From an uncultured delta proteobacterium (GTDB taxonomy: Bacteria > Myxococcota_A > Polyangia > Polyangiales > Polyangiaceae), in contig CAVOKF010000005.1 in NCBI GenBank assembly GCA_963696385.1, positions 96,001 through 160,000 on the forward strand: a stretch of 64,000 bases of DNA. Reading direction: 5' to 3'. The position numbers and the translations under genes were made by a program. The notes beneath the pieces are model-generated. The model was not told where the DNA came from. It saw only the letters and a program-made list of their open reading frames with translations, and made no database searches. Every line of letters begins with the position of its first letter. Within the stretch, counting starts at the first letter, position 1. Shown here piece by piece: positions 28,506 to 39,171 of this stretch.

Positions 28506-29579
28506 ATGATCACGCCACGCGAAGCCGGGTTCCGCATGCCTGGCGAGTGGGCCCCGCACTCGGCGACGTGGCTGGCATGGCCGAGCCACGAAAATCTCTG
28601 GCGGGACAATCTCGCAGCTACCCGCCGTGCGTTCGCGCAGCTCGTCGCAGCGGTGGCGGAGGGAGAGACGGCGGATGTACTCGTACCGGACGACGCGAAC
28701 GCGCGCCTTGCCCGCATCGCCCTGACACACCCTCGCACGCGGTTTCACCACGTTCCATTCGGCGACATCTGGCTGCGCGATACGGCCCCGCTGTTTCTTC
28801 ACGGGCCCGGGGGCGAAAGCGCTAGCGTGTCCTTTGCATTCAACGGCTGGGGTGGCAAATACATTCTCGATGAGGACGATCGCGTCGCGGAACGCATCGC
28901 CACAATTGTCGGTAAGGCTCTTTTTAAGATGCCATTCGTGCTCGAGGGTGGAGCCGTCGAAGTCGATGGTGAGGGCACCGTCCTAACGACGCGGCAATGC
29001 CTGTTGAACGCGAATCGCAATCCTGCGATGACGGGACTTGAAGTCGAGCGCGCCGTCGCCGACGCGCTAGGCTGCGAAAAAGTTCTCTGGCTCGGCGACG
29101 GGTTGGCTGGTGATCACACCGACGGTCACGTCGATACGATCGCCCGATTCACTCAGCCGGGAGTCGTGGTCGTGATGGAGCCGCGGGGCGCCGATGATCC
29201 GAACCGCGATGCCCTGAAGGCGATCGCCCGAGAGGCGGCGGCGCTGGTCGATGCGCGCGGACGTCGGCTCGAGGTCGTTCGCATCCCGTCTCCGGGTCGA
29301 GTCACCGATCGGACCGGGCGCGTCTTGCCGGCTAGCTACGTGAATTTTTACATTTCGAACGCCGCCGTCGTCGTTCCCACCTACGATTCGCCCTTCGACG
29401 ACGAAGCGGTCGCGGGTATCGACGCGCTCTTCCCGGACCGCCGCATCGTCGCGGTCGATGCCCGGGCCATTCTTAGCGGCGGCGGCGCGTTGCATTGCAT
29501 CACGCAGCAACAACCCCGGGACCAAGATACGAGGAGCCACGCGGATGCTCGTGCCGTGTGGCCGGCGGGGGAAAAATGA
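28506..29579 (+). CDS. aguA: Agmatine deiminase
   Basis: RMPGEWAPH..WLAWP, DIWLRD, FNGWGGKY, LEGG, DHTDGHVD, ASYVNF, GGGALHCITQQQP. Confidence 0.95.
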   Translation: MITPREAGFRMPGEWAPHSATWLAWPSHENLWRDNLAATRRAFAQLVAAVAEGETADVLVPDDANARLARIALTHPRTRFHHVPFGDIWLRDTAPLFLHGPGGESASVSFAFNGWGGKYILDEDDRVAERIATIVGKALFKMPFVLEGGAVEVDGEGTVLTTRQCLLNANRNPAMTGLEVERAVADALGCEKVLWLGDGLAGDHTDGHVDTIARFTQPGVVVVMEPRGADDPNRDALKAIAREAAALVDARGRRLEVVRIPSPGRVTDRTGRVLPASYVNFYISNAAVVVPTYDSPFDDEAVAGIDALFPDRRIVAVDARAILSGGGALHCITQQQPRDQDTRSHADARAVWPAGEK

Positions 29580-30442
29580 CCGAGGGCCGTGTCACAGTGG
29601 CTGCGATCCAGTGCCGGCTGGGGGGTCTGCGGTCCGCGAACATCGTCCGCGTCGAACACTACGTGCGGGAAGCGGCCGCGCAGGGGGCAAATGTGGTTCT
29701 TCCCCCCGAGCTTTTCGAGGGACCGTACTTCTGTCGTGAGGAGCGAGCTGAATGGTTCTCCGAGGCGCGGACGTTGGATGAGGACGAGGCGGTGGTGCGA
29801 TTCCGAGAGGTGGCGCGGGAACTGGCCATCGTCATTCCGGTATCATTCTTCGAGCGGTCGGGGCCAGTCTATTACAACAGCATCGCCGTGATCGACGCGG
29901 ATGGGACGCTGCTCGGTGTCTACCGCAAGAGTCACATTCCGGATGGGCCTGGGTACGAGGAGAAGTTTTACTTCCGTCCCGGCGACACCGGATTTCGCGT
30001 TTGGCACACTCGCTTCGCGAGCCTCGGCGTCGGTATATGCTGGGACCAGTGGTTTCCCGAGTCGGCTCGCGCGATGATGCTTCTTGGCGCTGAGTTGCTT
30101 CTATTTCCTACGGCGATTGGGAGCGAACCGCACGAGCCCGATCTCGATACGCGGGATCCTTGGCAGCGGGCCATGATCGGACACGCCGTGGCCAACGTCG
30201 TGCCTGTCGTGGCCGCGAATCGCGTTGGAAGCGAAGGCGGGCAACGGTTTTATGGCTCGTCGTTCATCGCCGACGCGCGAGGAGACAAGTGCGCCGAACT
30301 CGACCGCGACGAGGAAGGGGTGGTCACGGCGACGTTCGACCTACGGTCGCTCGCCCGTGCGCGCGCTTCGTGGGGCTTTTTCCGCGACAGGCGGCCAGAT
30401 TTGTACGGCGTTATTGCCACCGCTGACGGCCGTTCCAGGTGA
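29576..30442 (+). CDS. aguB: N-carbamoylputrescine amidase
   Basis: PELF, YRKSHIPDGPGYEEKFYF.PGDTGF, ICWDQWFPE, PTAIGSEP, FFRDRRP; ATGA overlap with aguA. Confidence 0.95.
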   Translation: MTEGRVTVAAIQCRLGGLRSANIVRVEHYVREAAAQGANVVLPPELFEGPYFCREERAEWFSEARTLDEDEAVVRFREVARELAIVIPVSFFERSGPVYYNSIAVIDADGTLLGVYRKSHIPDGPGYEEKFYFRPGDTGFRVWHTRFASLGVGICWDQWFPESARAMMLLGAELLLFPTAIGSEPHEPDLDTRDPWQRAMIGHAVANVVPVVAANRVGSEGGQRFYGSSFIADARGDKCAELDRDEEGVVTATFDLRSLARARASWGFFRDRRPDLYGVIATADGRSR

Positions 30443-30581
30443 CGCGTTGCGCTGCGAACCGGCTGCGAATGCTATTGCGCAGGAAGAAAGGGCTAAGCTT
30501 GGCTCGTCCGCCTCCGTCAAAAATGGTGTGCGCGATGGCGCCGAAACATTTAGCCTTGCGCGCACCGCATCGAGGTCTGCC

Positions 30582-31565
30582 ATGCTCCGTCACAGCTCCG
30601 ATTGGCGAACGGCGCTCTGGGCCTTCGTCTTCTTCCCCGCGCTCGGATTCGCGCCGTACTTCGAGCCTCGGCTTGTGCCTTGGCTTCTGCCGCTCAGCCT
30701 GTACTTCGGCTTCTGCGCCGGCGTCTTCAGCCATAACCAGAACCACTGCCCTATGTTTACGGGGCGAACGATGAACTCGCTGTACTCGGCCTGGCTAAGC
30801 ATCTTCTATGGCTATCCGACCTTCTTTTGGATCCCGACCCACAACCTGAACCACCACAAGTTCGTGAATAAAGCCGGTGACGCGACGATCACCTGGCGGT
30901 ATTCAAAGAAAAATACGTGGCTCGTGGCAAGCACGTACTATTTTGTGTCTGCGTATTGGCAGAAGCCGCTGATCGACGAATACAGTCGCAAGGCGCGCGA
31001 CACGAACCCCCGCTTGGTTCGGCAAATGTACCTGCAATACGTGACCCTGATCGGAAGTCATGTCGCGCTCTTGGCGCTTGCGCTCTGGTTACGGGGACCG
31101 CGAATTGGGCCTCTAGTTTACGGCTTCGGGTTCCTGATTCCGGCCATGTTCGCGAACTGGTCGATGATCTTCATCAACTACATTCAGCACGTGCACACGG
31201 ACCCTTGGTCAGAACACAATCATTCGCGCAATTTTTGCTCGCCACTCGGAAACTGGCTCGTATTCAACAATGGTTATCATGCCGCGCACCACGAGAGCCC
31301 GGGGCTGCATTGGAGCAAGCTTCCGGATGCGCACGCAAGGATTGCTGGGTCGATCCATCAGGATCTGAAGCAGCCGAGCATTTTTCGGTTTCGTCTGAGG
31401 TCGTATTTGGCCGGCGCGCTGAACGAAGGGTTCCGAACGAAGCAGATCGGCCGAGCGCCCTATGATCCGCCGGTTGGCATGGTCAAGCTCGAAACTGCCT
31501 CTGTCGCCGCGGTTGAGGCTGGCGTCAATGCCTCCATGGCGAGTCCGGGCGAGAGCCCCGCTTAA
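30582..31565 (+). CDS. Membrane fatty acid desaturase family protein
   Basis: His boxes HNQNH, HNLNHH, QH, NNGYHAAHH..PGLHW; TM segments. Confidence 0.88.
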   Translation: MLRHSSDWRTALWAFVFFPALGFAPYFEPRLVPWLLPLSLYFGFCAGVFSHNQNHCPMFTGRTMNSLYSAWLSIFYGYPTFFWIPTHNLNHHKFVNKAGDATITWRYSKKNTWLVASTYYFVSAYWQKPLIDEYSRKARDTNPRLVRQMYLQYVTLIGSHVALLALALWLRGPRIGPLVYGFGFLIPAMFANWSMIFINYIQHVHTDPWSEHNHSRNFCSPLGNWLVFNNGYHAAHHESPGLHWSKLPDAHARIAGSIHQDLKQPSIFRFRLRSYLAGALNEGFRTKQIGRAPYDPPVGMVKLETASVAAVEAGVNASMASPGESPA

Positions 31566-31613
31566 CGAGGTGCTGCGGCGGCCCGTACCTATCATGAAGC
31601 GCGTGGGGATCTC

Positions 31614-32771
31614 TTGACGCACCCGGACCGTCCACTGATCGTGGTCGGTTTTCGCGAAGACGTTGCTCGCCGAATCCATGAGGCGGCTGCATCGGTGGGG
31701 GCAGCGGCTGCCTTCGTCCCTAGGTGCGAGGACGCCATCCAGGCGCTCGCCGATGTTCAACCGCTCGCGATCGTGTTGCGTCTGGATGCCCCGGGGGCTG
31801 CGCAGACCTCCGCGCAGGCGCGATCGCAACTCCGGCTGGCGCAAGTACCCATCTTCGGCGTCGCTCCAGAGCTGACTGATCTGGCATTCGCCGAGCTTTT
31901 TTCCGGTGGCGGCGACGACCTGGTCAGCGTCGCCTCGCCGCAGTGTCTCGTTCGCCGGCTGCGCGTGCTGCTCGCGCAAACTGCGGCAGCGCGGCAGGGC
32001 GGCTCTCCAAACCAACCGCGCGAACCAGTGACAGAAAAGCACGCCATCGTCGCCGGCGCTGAGGCTACCTGGCGCATCGTCATGGGGCGCGCATTGTATA
32101 ACGGCGGCTTCGCCGTGCGCTTCGCGACGAGCGGCGAAACCTTAGCTGAGGAGTGTGAACGTGAAGGCGTCACGGTGGTCGTGGCGGCAGACGACCTCGA
32201 ACCGCAGGGTGCCGTCGCAGTGCTTGCACAGGCCCGCGCGCGTGGTTCCAGCGCGCCGTGGATCCTGGTCGCACCGCCCAAACACATGGCTGCGGCGCAC
32301 GCCGCCGCCAAGACTCTCGGGCGCGCGTCGATCGCGGATGGATTTGCGCCGCCCGAAAACGTGCTTTTCCTTGTCAACGAGCTTCTCGCGGCTCGGGGGG
32401 TCGACAAGCGAGCGAGCCCTCGCATGCTGTACGGGACTGCCGTCGCTTTCCGCCCGGCAGGGCGCGAAGAAGACGAGATTGGGTATTCCTACAACGTCAG
32501 CGCCGCGGGTCTGTACGTGCGTACCACGGCGCCGCCCGACGCTGGGCAAGAAGTATGGCTCGAAATGTGGCCGCCCCGCGCGGAACGCCGAGCCCGCCTG
32601 GCGGGAAAGGTGGCCTGGAAGCGGCCGTTTGGGCCCGTTGGTGGCGCGACTGTCCCTGCGGGGTTTGGCATCCAACTCACCGACGGCCTTTCGGGAGACC
32701 TTGACCGGTGGCGGGCCGGCTACGAATCGTTCGTCCAGATCCTGCTCGGCGCGAGCCCCGTCCAGAGCTGA
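31614..32771 (+). CDS. Tandem pseudo-receiver plus PilZ domain protein
   Basis: Two receiver-like folds lacking the acidic pocket and Lys; PilZ RASPR (RxxxR) and NVSAAG (N/DxSxxG). Confidence 0.75.
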   Translation: MTHPDRPLIVVGFREDVARRIHEAAASVGAAAAFVPRCEDAIQALADVQPLAIVLRLDAPGAAQTSAQARSQLRLAQVPIFGVAPELTDLAFAELFSGGGDDLVSVASPQCLVRRLRVLLAQTAAARQGGSPNQPREPVTEKHAIVAGAEATWRIVMGRALYNGGFAVRFATSGETLAEECEREGVTVVVAADDLEPQGAVAVLAQARARGSSAPWILVAPPKHMAAAHAAAKTLGRASIADGFAPPENVLFLVNELLAARGVDKRASPRMLYGTAVAFRPAGREEDEIGYSYNVSAAGLYVRTTAPPDAGQEVWLEMWPPRAERRARLAGKVAWKRPFGPVGGATVPAGFGIQLTDGLSGDLDRWRAGYESFVQILLGASPVQS

Positions 32772-32774
32772 GCC

Positions 32775-33950
32775 TCAGGTAGCCGCTTCGAAGAGGCCCG
32801 CCGCCCCCATCCCGCCTCCGATGCACATAGTGACGATTGCGTATCGCGCGTGCCGGCGTCGCAATTCGTGGAGAACCGTAGCGGTAAGCTTTGCTCCCGT
32901 GCATCCGAGCGGGTGCCCGAGCGCGATCGCGCCTCCGTGCACGTTGAGCTTGTCGTCCGGAATCTCGAGCGTGCGCTGAACGTAGACCGCTTGGCTTGCG
33001 AAGGCTTCGTTGAGCTCAACGAGGTCGATGTCGCGAAGAGACAATCCCGTCTTGGCGAGGAGCTTCCGAACAGCCGGGATTGGCCCGATCCCCATGATCT
33101 TCGGATCCACTCCGGCCACAGCATACGCGCGGAAATGAGCGAGGGGTTGGAGGCCTAGCGCGTTAGCCCGGGCCTTGCTCATCATGAGCACAGCCGCTGC
33201 GCCGTCCGAGAGCGGCGACGCATTGCCGGCAGTGACGGTGCCATCCTTGATGAACGCGGGCTTGAGCGCCGCAAGCCCTTCGATCGTCGTGTCGCCACGC
33301 ACTAGCTCATCGCGGTCGAAGGCAATCCCGATGCGGACCCCGTTTTCGTATCGCGTGGCCTGAACCGGAACGATCTCGTCGTTGAACGCACCCGCCTTGA
33401 TCGCCGCTGCCGCCTTCTGTTGGCTTCGAAGGGAGAAGGCGTCTTGATCAGCCCGGGTGATCCCGAACGCCCTGGCGACGTTCTCTGCCGTGATCCCCAT
33501 CGGAACGTACACCTCCGGAAAGCGTCGCATCGCCTCGGGTGAAGCGCTCAGCTTATTGCCGGTCATCGGCACCATAGTCATCGATTCCACCCCGCCCGCG
33601 ATGACGATGTCGTTCGCACCGGTCGCGATCGCTCCGGCACCGATGGCGATGGCTTGCAACCCGCTCGAGCAGAAACGGTTGACCGTCATCGCGCTGGTTT
33701 CGACCGGCAACCCGCCGAGCATTCCGACCACTCGCGCGACATTCAATCCCTGTTCGCCCTCGGGCATTGCGCAGCCGAGCACGATGTCCTCCACGTCACC
33801 CGGTTTCATCCGCGGAACACGCGCGAGCAGGCTCGCCACGACTTGGCCCGCGAGCTCGTCGGGACGCGTTTGGGCGAGCGTTCCCTTGGTGGCGCGGCCG
33901 ACAGCCGATCTGACCGCGTCGACGATCACGATGTTTTCGATCATGGTCAA
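32775..33950 (-). CDS. fadA: Acetyl-CoA C-acyltransferase (thiolase)
   Basis: [38 protein letters not shown]. Confidence 0.95.
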   Translation of the reverse strand: MTMIENIVIVDAVRSAVGRATKGTLAQTRPDELAGQVVASLLARVPRMKPGDVEDIVLGCAMPEGEQGLNVARVVGMLGGLPVETSAMTVNRFCSSGLQAIAIGAGAIATGANDIVIAGGVESMTMVPMTGNKLSASPEAMRRFPEVYVPMGITAENVARAFGITRADQDAFSLRSQQKAAAAIKAGAFNDEIVPVQATRYENGVRIGIAFDRDELVRGDTTIEGLAALKPAFIKDGTVTAGNASPLSDGAAAVLMMSKARANALGLQPLAHFRAYAVAGVDPKIMGIGPIPAVRKLLAKTGLSLRDIDLVELNEAFASQAVYVQRTLEIPDDKLNVHGGAIALGHPLGCTGAKLTATVLHELRRRHARYAIVTMCIGGGMGAAGLFEAAT

Positions 33951-36333
33951 TTCCTCAACGGCTTGTTGTTCATCAACATGTATTGCATGCGCTCCTGGCT
34001 CTTCGGTTCACCGCTCAAGCTGACGAAGGCTTCGCGCTCTAGTTCGAGCATTTCGTTCTCGGTGACTTCGTGCGCAGCTCCTGACACGCCGCCGCAAAGA
34101 ACCTCCGCGAGTCGTGTGGCGATTTTCGCGTCGTGCTCGCTCGCCTGGCCCGCCTCGCCGAGGCTTCGTATCAACAGCTTCAGCGTAGCGATCCCGCTGT
34201 CTCCCGGCAGGATGTGCGCGCGCGGTGCTGGCGAATGCCAACCGCTGTCGGCGAGTCCTATCGCGCGCGCCTTCGCGTCGCTTGGCAATCGAGCCCGATC
34301 GAAGCTCACACCCGAGTTGCGCCCAAAATAGCCGAATTCCTTTGCCTCCTCCGCGCTCGTTGCAACGCGGGCGAGTGCGACGTTCTTGAAGACCTGCGTG
34401 ACGATTGCGTATGGGTCGACCGTCGCCCCCTGGGGATCGCTTCCAACGCGCGCCACAGCAAGTTCATACTTCCGCCGCCCGCGGGGACGAGTCCAACACC
34501 GACCTCCACGAGTCCCGCATACGTCTCGGCCGCCGCCTGAACGTTGCCGGCGCCCAGACAAAGCTCAAGTCCGCCGCCGAGTGTCATTCCGAACGGAACC
34601 GCGACCACGGGAACCTTCGCGTACTTCATTCGTTGATTGGCTTCCTGGAAGCCTTGGATCATCGAACGGATTTTTTCCCATTGGTGTTGGCTAGCCGCCA
34701 TGGCGACGAGGAGAAGATTCGCCCCGACGCAGAAGTGCTCGCCCCCATTCACGACGACCATTGCCCGAAAATCACTCTCCGCCTTTGCGACGGCGTCCCC
34801 CATGAGATGAATCACGTCTGGATCAATACTATTCGCCTTGGTCTTGAAGGTTAGGCCGAGAACCCCGTCGCCCAAATCCCACGCTTCTGCGCCATCATTC
34901 TTGAGAACGGGCGTTCCACCCTGGCGCAGGCGCGGCAGTGTGGCCGTGCGCGGATCGGTCACCCGACTGACGACCGCACCCCTGAGCAGGTCGAACACCT
35001 TTCCGTCATCGGTGTAAAAGCTCGTTGCACCTGCGGTCCGCATGGCATCAATCGACTCTGGAAGGGCTATCCCGTCTGCTTTCATGCGAGCGGTGGTTGC
35101 GTCAAAGCCGAGCGCATCCCACATTTCGAAAGGACCAAACTCCCAATTATATCCCCAGTTCATGGCATGGTCGATCGACCCGACGTCGTCGGCAATCTCA
35201 CCGATTCGACGGGATGAATAGGCCAACGAGCGTGACACGACTTTCCAGGCAAAGAGCGCGGCAGTGCCACCGGCCTGACTGCCAAACAGAAGCTCGCGGA
35301 CGCGAGAGGCAGGGTCCTCGATCTGCGCTATTCGTTTGCAAGTCGCACGTATCTCCTGGTCGCCCGTTCGCGCGCGGTAATCGAGCGTTTTTGGATCGAT
35401 CGTCTCGATAGTCCCATCTTTGCGCTTTCGGTAGAACCCGCCATTGGTCTTGTCGCCGAGGAGCTTTCGTTCGACCATCGCCCGGATAAACGCGGGAACC
35501 TGGAAGATGGTTCGATCCTCGTCGGCGGTCAGTGACGCGAAGCAGTTGTCGGCGACGTGGACGAGCGTGTCGACGCCGACGAGATCCGCGGTACGAAACG
35601 ACGCACTCTTGGGGTGACCGAGCGGCTCACCGGTAATGGCGTCGACGTCCTCCGGCGCAAGGCCGTGTTCGAGCATCAAATGAATCGCCATAAGCATCGC
35701 GTGAATGCCAATCCGATTTCCGATGAAATTCGGGGTGTCCTTGGCAATGACGACGCCCTTGCCCAGGACATCCTCCCCGAACTGGCGGGCCTGCTCGATC
35801 ACGTCGGGCGATGTGTCCCGACCGGCCACCAGCTCAAGCAGCTTCATGTACCGGACTGGGTTGAAGAAATGCATGACCAGGAAGCGTCGTCGAAACGAGA
35901 TCGAACGCCCGGCCGTTAATTCACTGATGCGCAGCCCGCTCGTATTGGAGGCGACCACGCAGTCGCTTCGGACAGCGTGCTCGAGCTTCTCGAAGAGGGC
36001 GCGCTTCGGCTCGAGCCGTTCCGTGATCGCTTCCACGACCAAGTCCGCATCACGCACCCGGTCGAGGTCGTCATCGACGTTGCCGATCGAGACAAGACGC
36101 GCCCGATCCCTCGAAAAAAACGCTGCCGGGCGCGCCTTTGCGGCTCGTTCGAGGCCCGCCGCGGCAAAGCGATTGCGTGCCGCGCGGTTTCTCTCGGGTT
36201 TGCCGGATTCGGGCGGTACGACATCCATCAGGAGGACGTCGATCCCCGCGTTCGCTAGATGGGCGGCGATCCCGCTGCCCATGACGCCCGCGCCAATGAC
36301 AACTGCATGACGAATCGGCTTGCGCATTGACAT
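33947..36333 (-). CDS. fadN: 3-hydroxyacyl-CoA dehydrogenase / enoyl-CoA hydratase (FadN type), split by a 1-nt frameshift
   Basis: GAGVMGSGIA, SNTSG, HFFNP, GGGLEL, GLVEVGVGL; C-terminus ..ML..NKPLRN in ORF 33947-34561; frames join if one base is added near the run at 34432-34435. Confidence 0.88.
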
Positions 36334-36398
36334 CGCTCCTCACGAATTTTGGCTGATGCCGTGACCACACGTTCAGGATTCAGGAACCCCGCCGCCCG

Positions 36399-36998
36399 TC
36401 AACTTTTCTCGGCGGTGAGCGCGGCCTGGACCGCCGGCCGGGACTCGATCCGCGCGTAGAACGTCGTGAGCGAGGGCCAGCGCGCGAGGTCGATGCCGGT
36501 GAACTTGGTCCAGCGGAGTACATTATAGAGATAGCCATCGGCCACTGTGAAGGTCTCGCCCAATAGGTACGGCGTCTTCTCGAGTTGACGTTCCACCAGA
36601 TCGAGCCGAGCGGATACACGGGTGCGCGCTTGGTTCTTGGCCTCTTCGGAGGCAGACCCGAAGAGCGGACCGAACGATTTGTGAATCTCGCTTGCAACAA
36701 AGTTGAGCCATTCTTGCAGACGGTAACGGGCCATCGTGCCGGCAGGCGGAGCAAGCTTGGATTCCGGGGCTCGGTCGGCGATGAACTGGTCGATGACGGC
36801 GCCTTCGGTCAATCGGGCCCCGTCGTCGAGCTCCAGCACCGGCACGTATCCCTTCGGATTGATGGCGTAGAAGTCGGCCCCGCTTTGGGTTCTATGCGAT
36901 CGCGTATCGACACGCACGAGCTCGAACGGCAACTCGGCCTCCAGAAGCGCGATGTGCGGGTGGAGGGAACAAGCGCCCGGACTGAAGTAGAGTTTCAC
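36399..36998 (-). CDS. gstA: Glutathione S-transferase, beta class
   Basis: MKLYFSPGACSL, INPKGYVP.L, LTEG, SEIHKSF, FTVADGY; AAGGAG RBS. Confidence 0.93.
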   Translation of the reverse strand: MKLYFSPGACSLHPHIALLEAELPFELVRVDTRSHRTQSGADFYAINPKGYVPVLELDDGARLTEGAVIDQFIADRAPESKLAPPAGTMARYRLQEWLNFVASEIHKSFGPLFGSASEEAKNQARTRVSARLDLVERQLEKTPYLLGETFTVADGYLYNVLRWTKFTGIDLARWPSLTTFYARIESRPAVQAALTAEKS

Positions 36999-37055
36999 GG
37001 TCGTCTCCTTTTCGGTGAGGTGAGAATGGATGTCGAACCATGCGCTTCGGTGGCG

Positions 37056-37868
37056 TCATCGTGCCGCTCGTCCCGCCTCGACGAACCGCACCTTGGCGCC
37101 GGGCGGCCGGGCCATCAGGGCGCCCACATCGGCGCTCACCACGGTGGCGATGACGGGATACCCTCCCACTGTCGGGTGGTCCGGGCCGAGAACAATAGCC
37201 TCTCCGCAGGCAAGCACCTGAATCGCCCCTCGCATCATAGGGGCGGAACCGGCTTGATCACCATCCAACCGAGCCAGCGCGGGGCCCAGAAGTTGTAGCC
37301 CCGTTCGATCCCCGCGTGGGGAGATGCGAAATGTCGCGGACAACAGCAGATCCAGGGCGCCTCGGCTGAAACGCTCGACGTCCGGCCCCACCACGACGCG
37401 GATTCGCGCGTCCGGATCCGGAAGGGGCGGGAGCGGGTACCGTTGCACCTCGGCGGATCCAGGTCGCAATATATCCCCCTTTCTCAACGGCCGCCCCTCG
37501 TGGCCGCCGAACGATCCGGCGAGCAACGTACCCCGACCCCCTAAGACGTATGCAACGTCGAGCCCGCCGCGGAGAGCGACGTACCGAACGCGGGCTGCGC
37601 CGCACTCGATTGTCCACGCTTCGAGCGGCTCGAGGTCCCGAGCTTGCGCTTCGTCGCTCGCGACGTGCACCGGTGCGAGGGCACGCAACCTCAAGGTTCC
37701 GACGATTTCGATCGCGGCTTCGTCTCGACCGTTGCCGACGCGGGCATTGGCGCGCGCAAGCCCAATTGGCACGAGCGCTCCCCCGTGGGGAATGCCTTGG
37801 TGCATCGATCCGGGGCGCCCGCCATCCTGAACGGTGGCCACGCCGGCGACGGCCGCGATCTCGATCAA
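37056..37868 (-). CDS. pxpC: 5-oxoprolinase subunit C (allophanate hydrolase subunit 2 family)
   Basis: TVQDGGRPG, AN..VGN, GG.EGRPL.KGD, DRTG, GAIQV, DHPTVGGYP. Confidence 0.85.
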   Translation of the reverse strand: MIEIAAVAGVATVQDGGRPGSMHQGIPHGGALVPIGLARANARVGNGRDEAAIEIVGTLRLRALAPVHVASDEAQARDLEPLEAWTIECGAARVRYVALRGGLDVAYVLGGRGTLLAGSFGGHEGRPLRKGDILRPGSAEVQRYPLPPLPDPDARIRVVVGPDVERFSRGALDLLLSATFRISPRGDRTGLQLLGPALARLDGDQAGSAPMMRGAIQVLACGEAIVLGPDHPTVGGYPVIATVVSADVGALMARPPGAKVRFVEAGRAAR

Positions 37869-38473
37869 TGGGCCACCGGCCTGAACCGCACTCGGTCACC
37901 GATCGCGAGCGACGCGCCTCGCAGAACGTCGAAGGAAGTGAAGTCGGGGGCCGTTCCGATTACATTCCAACCGCCGGGCGACGCATGCGGGTACACGCCC
38001 GTGTAGGGCCCTCCGATTGCCACTGAACGCGCGGAGACGCGCGGTCGTGGCGTTGGCCGCCGCGGAACCATGAGCCGGGGGTCCAACCCGCGCAGATACG
38101 CGAATCCGGGTAAGAAACCGACTATGGCGACGACGTACTCAGCAGCCGTATGAAGCGAGATAACATCTTTTGGGGTGGCACCGATTCGGCGCGCCACGTC
38201 ACTCAAGTCTTCACCGTCGTAGCGAACGGCAATGGTGTGTTCTCGTCCGGGCAGTGCGACGATGGACGCATTGAGTACGCGCACCAACACCTCGTCGAGC
38301 CCGTCGGGGGGCTCGGTCGAATCGAACACGACGAGCGCGTGGCTCTCGGTCACGACGGCGTCGACCACGTGCGGGTGAGACCGCAAAGCCCCGAGTAGGG
38401 CGGCGACATTGACGGGGTCCGGCAACCTTGCTCGAAGAGCTCTGTCACCGAAGGGCTCCATCACAATGCTCAC
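37865..38473 (-). CDS. pxpB: 5-oxoprolinase subunit B (allophanate hydrolase subunit 1 family)
   Basis: PFGDRAL, VRYDGEDL, GFLPGFAYL, PRR.TPR, GVYP..SPGGW.VIG; GTG start overlaps the pxpA stop. Confidence 0.85.
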   Translation of the reverse strand: MSIVMEPFGDRALRARLPDPVNVAALLGALRSHPHVVDAVVTESHALVVFDSTEPPDGLDEVLVRVLNASIVALPGREHTIAVRYDGEDLSDVARRIGATPKDVISLHTAAEYVVAIVGFLPGFAYLRGLDPRLMVPRRPTPRPRVSARSVAIGGPYTGVYPHASPGGWNVIGTAPDFTSFDVLRGASLAIGDRVRFRPVAH

Positions 38474-39171
38474 GTTAGTCCGCCTGCTGCGTGGGCATCG
38501 AGCGCGTTGCGAACCGCAGCTGCGAGCGCGGCGCTCCGCGGCGTGTCGCCGTGAATACAAACGGTTTCGACGTTCAAGCTCAAGGCAAGTTGGCGCGCAC
38601 GGGCGGCTGCGCTGGCAGGGTCCACGATCAACGCTCCTGGTTCGCTTCGCGGCACCAGCGACCCGTCCAGGCGCTCGCCTCGGTCGGCGAAAGCTTCGCG
38701 GGCGAAGCCCAGGCCGGCGCGGGCCGCAGCGCTCGCCAGGGCCCCGGAGGACGGGCCGACGACGGTGATGCGCTCGCCGAGCGATTGGAGAGAAGCTGCA
38801 ACGAGCGCTTCGGCGAGCGCCGAGTCGCGATCGGCTGCGTGATACAACGCCCCGTGCGGCTTCATATAAGCGATCGGTTGGCGCGCCTTCCTGGCGAGCA
38901 CTGCGAGCCGAGCACATTGGGCCGCGACGCTCGCGAACAGAGCGGCCGGCGACATGTCGAGTGGTCGGCGACCAAACCCCTCCCGATCGGGGTAGGAGGG
39001 GTGGGCACCGAGGCGCGTCCCATGTGCGCGGCAGAGCTCGATGGCGCGCTTCATCGAAGCGTCGTCGCCGGCATGCCCGCCGCACGCGACGTTTGCGATG
39101 TGAGCGCACGCGTAAAGCGCCTCCGATTCGCCGGCCAACTCACCGAGGTCGACGTTTAGCCGGACGCTCAC
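38470..39171 (-). CDS. pxpA: 5-oxoprolinase subunit A (LamB/YcsF)
   Basis: LNVDLGE, ANVACGGHAGD, GAHPSYPDREGFGRR, KPHGALY, EAFADR, CIHGD. Confidence 0.92.
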   Translation of the reverse strand: MSVRLNVDLGELAGESEALYACAHIANVACGGHAGDDASMKRAIELCRAHGTRLGAHPSYPDREGFGRRPLDMSPAALFASVAAQCARLAVLARKARQPIAYMKPHGALYHAADRDSALAEALVAASLQSLGERITVVGPSSGALASAAARAGLGFAREAFADRGERLDGSLVPRSEPGALIVDPASAAARARQLALSLNVETVCIHGDTPRSAALAAAVRNALDAHAAGGLT

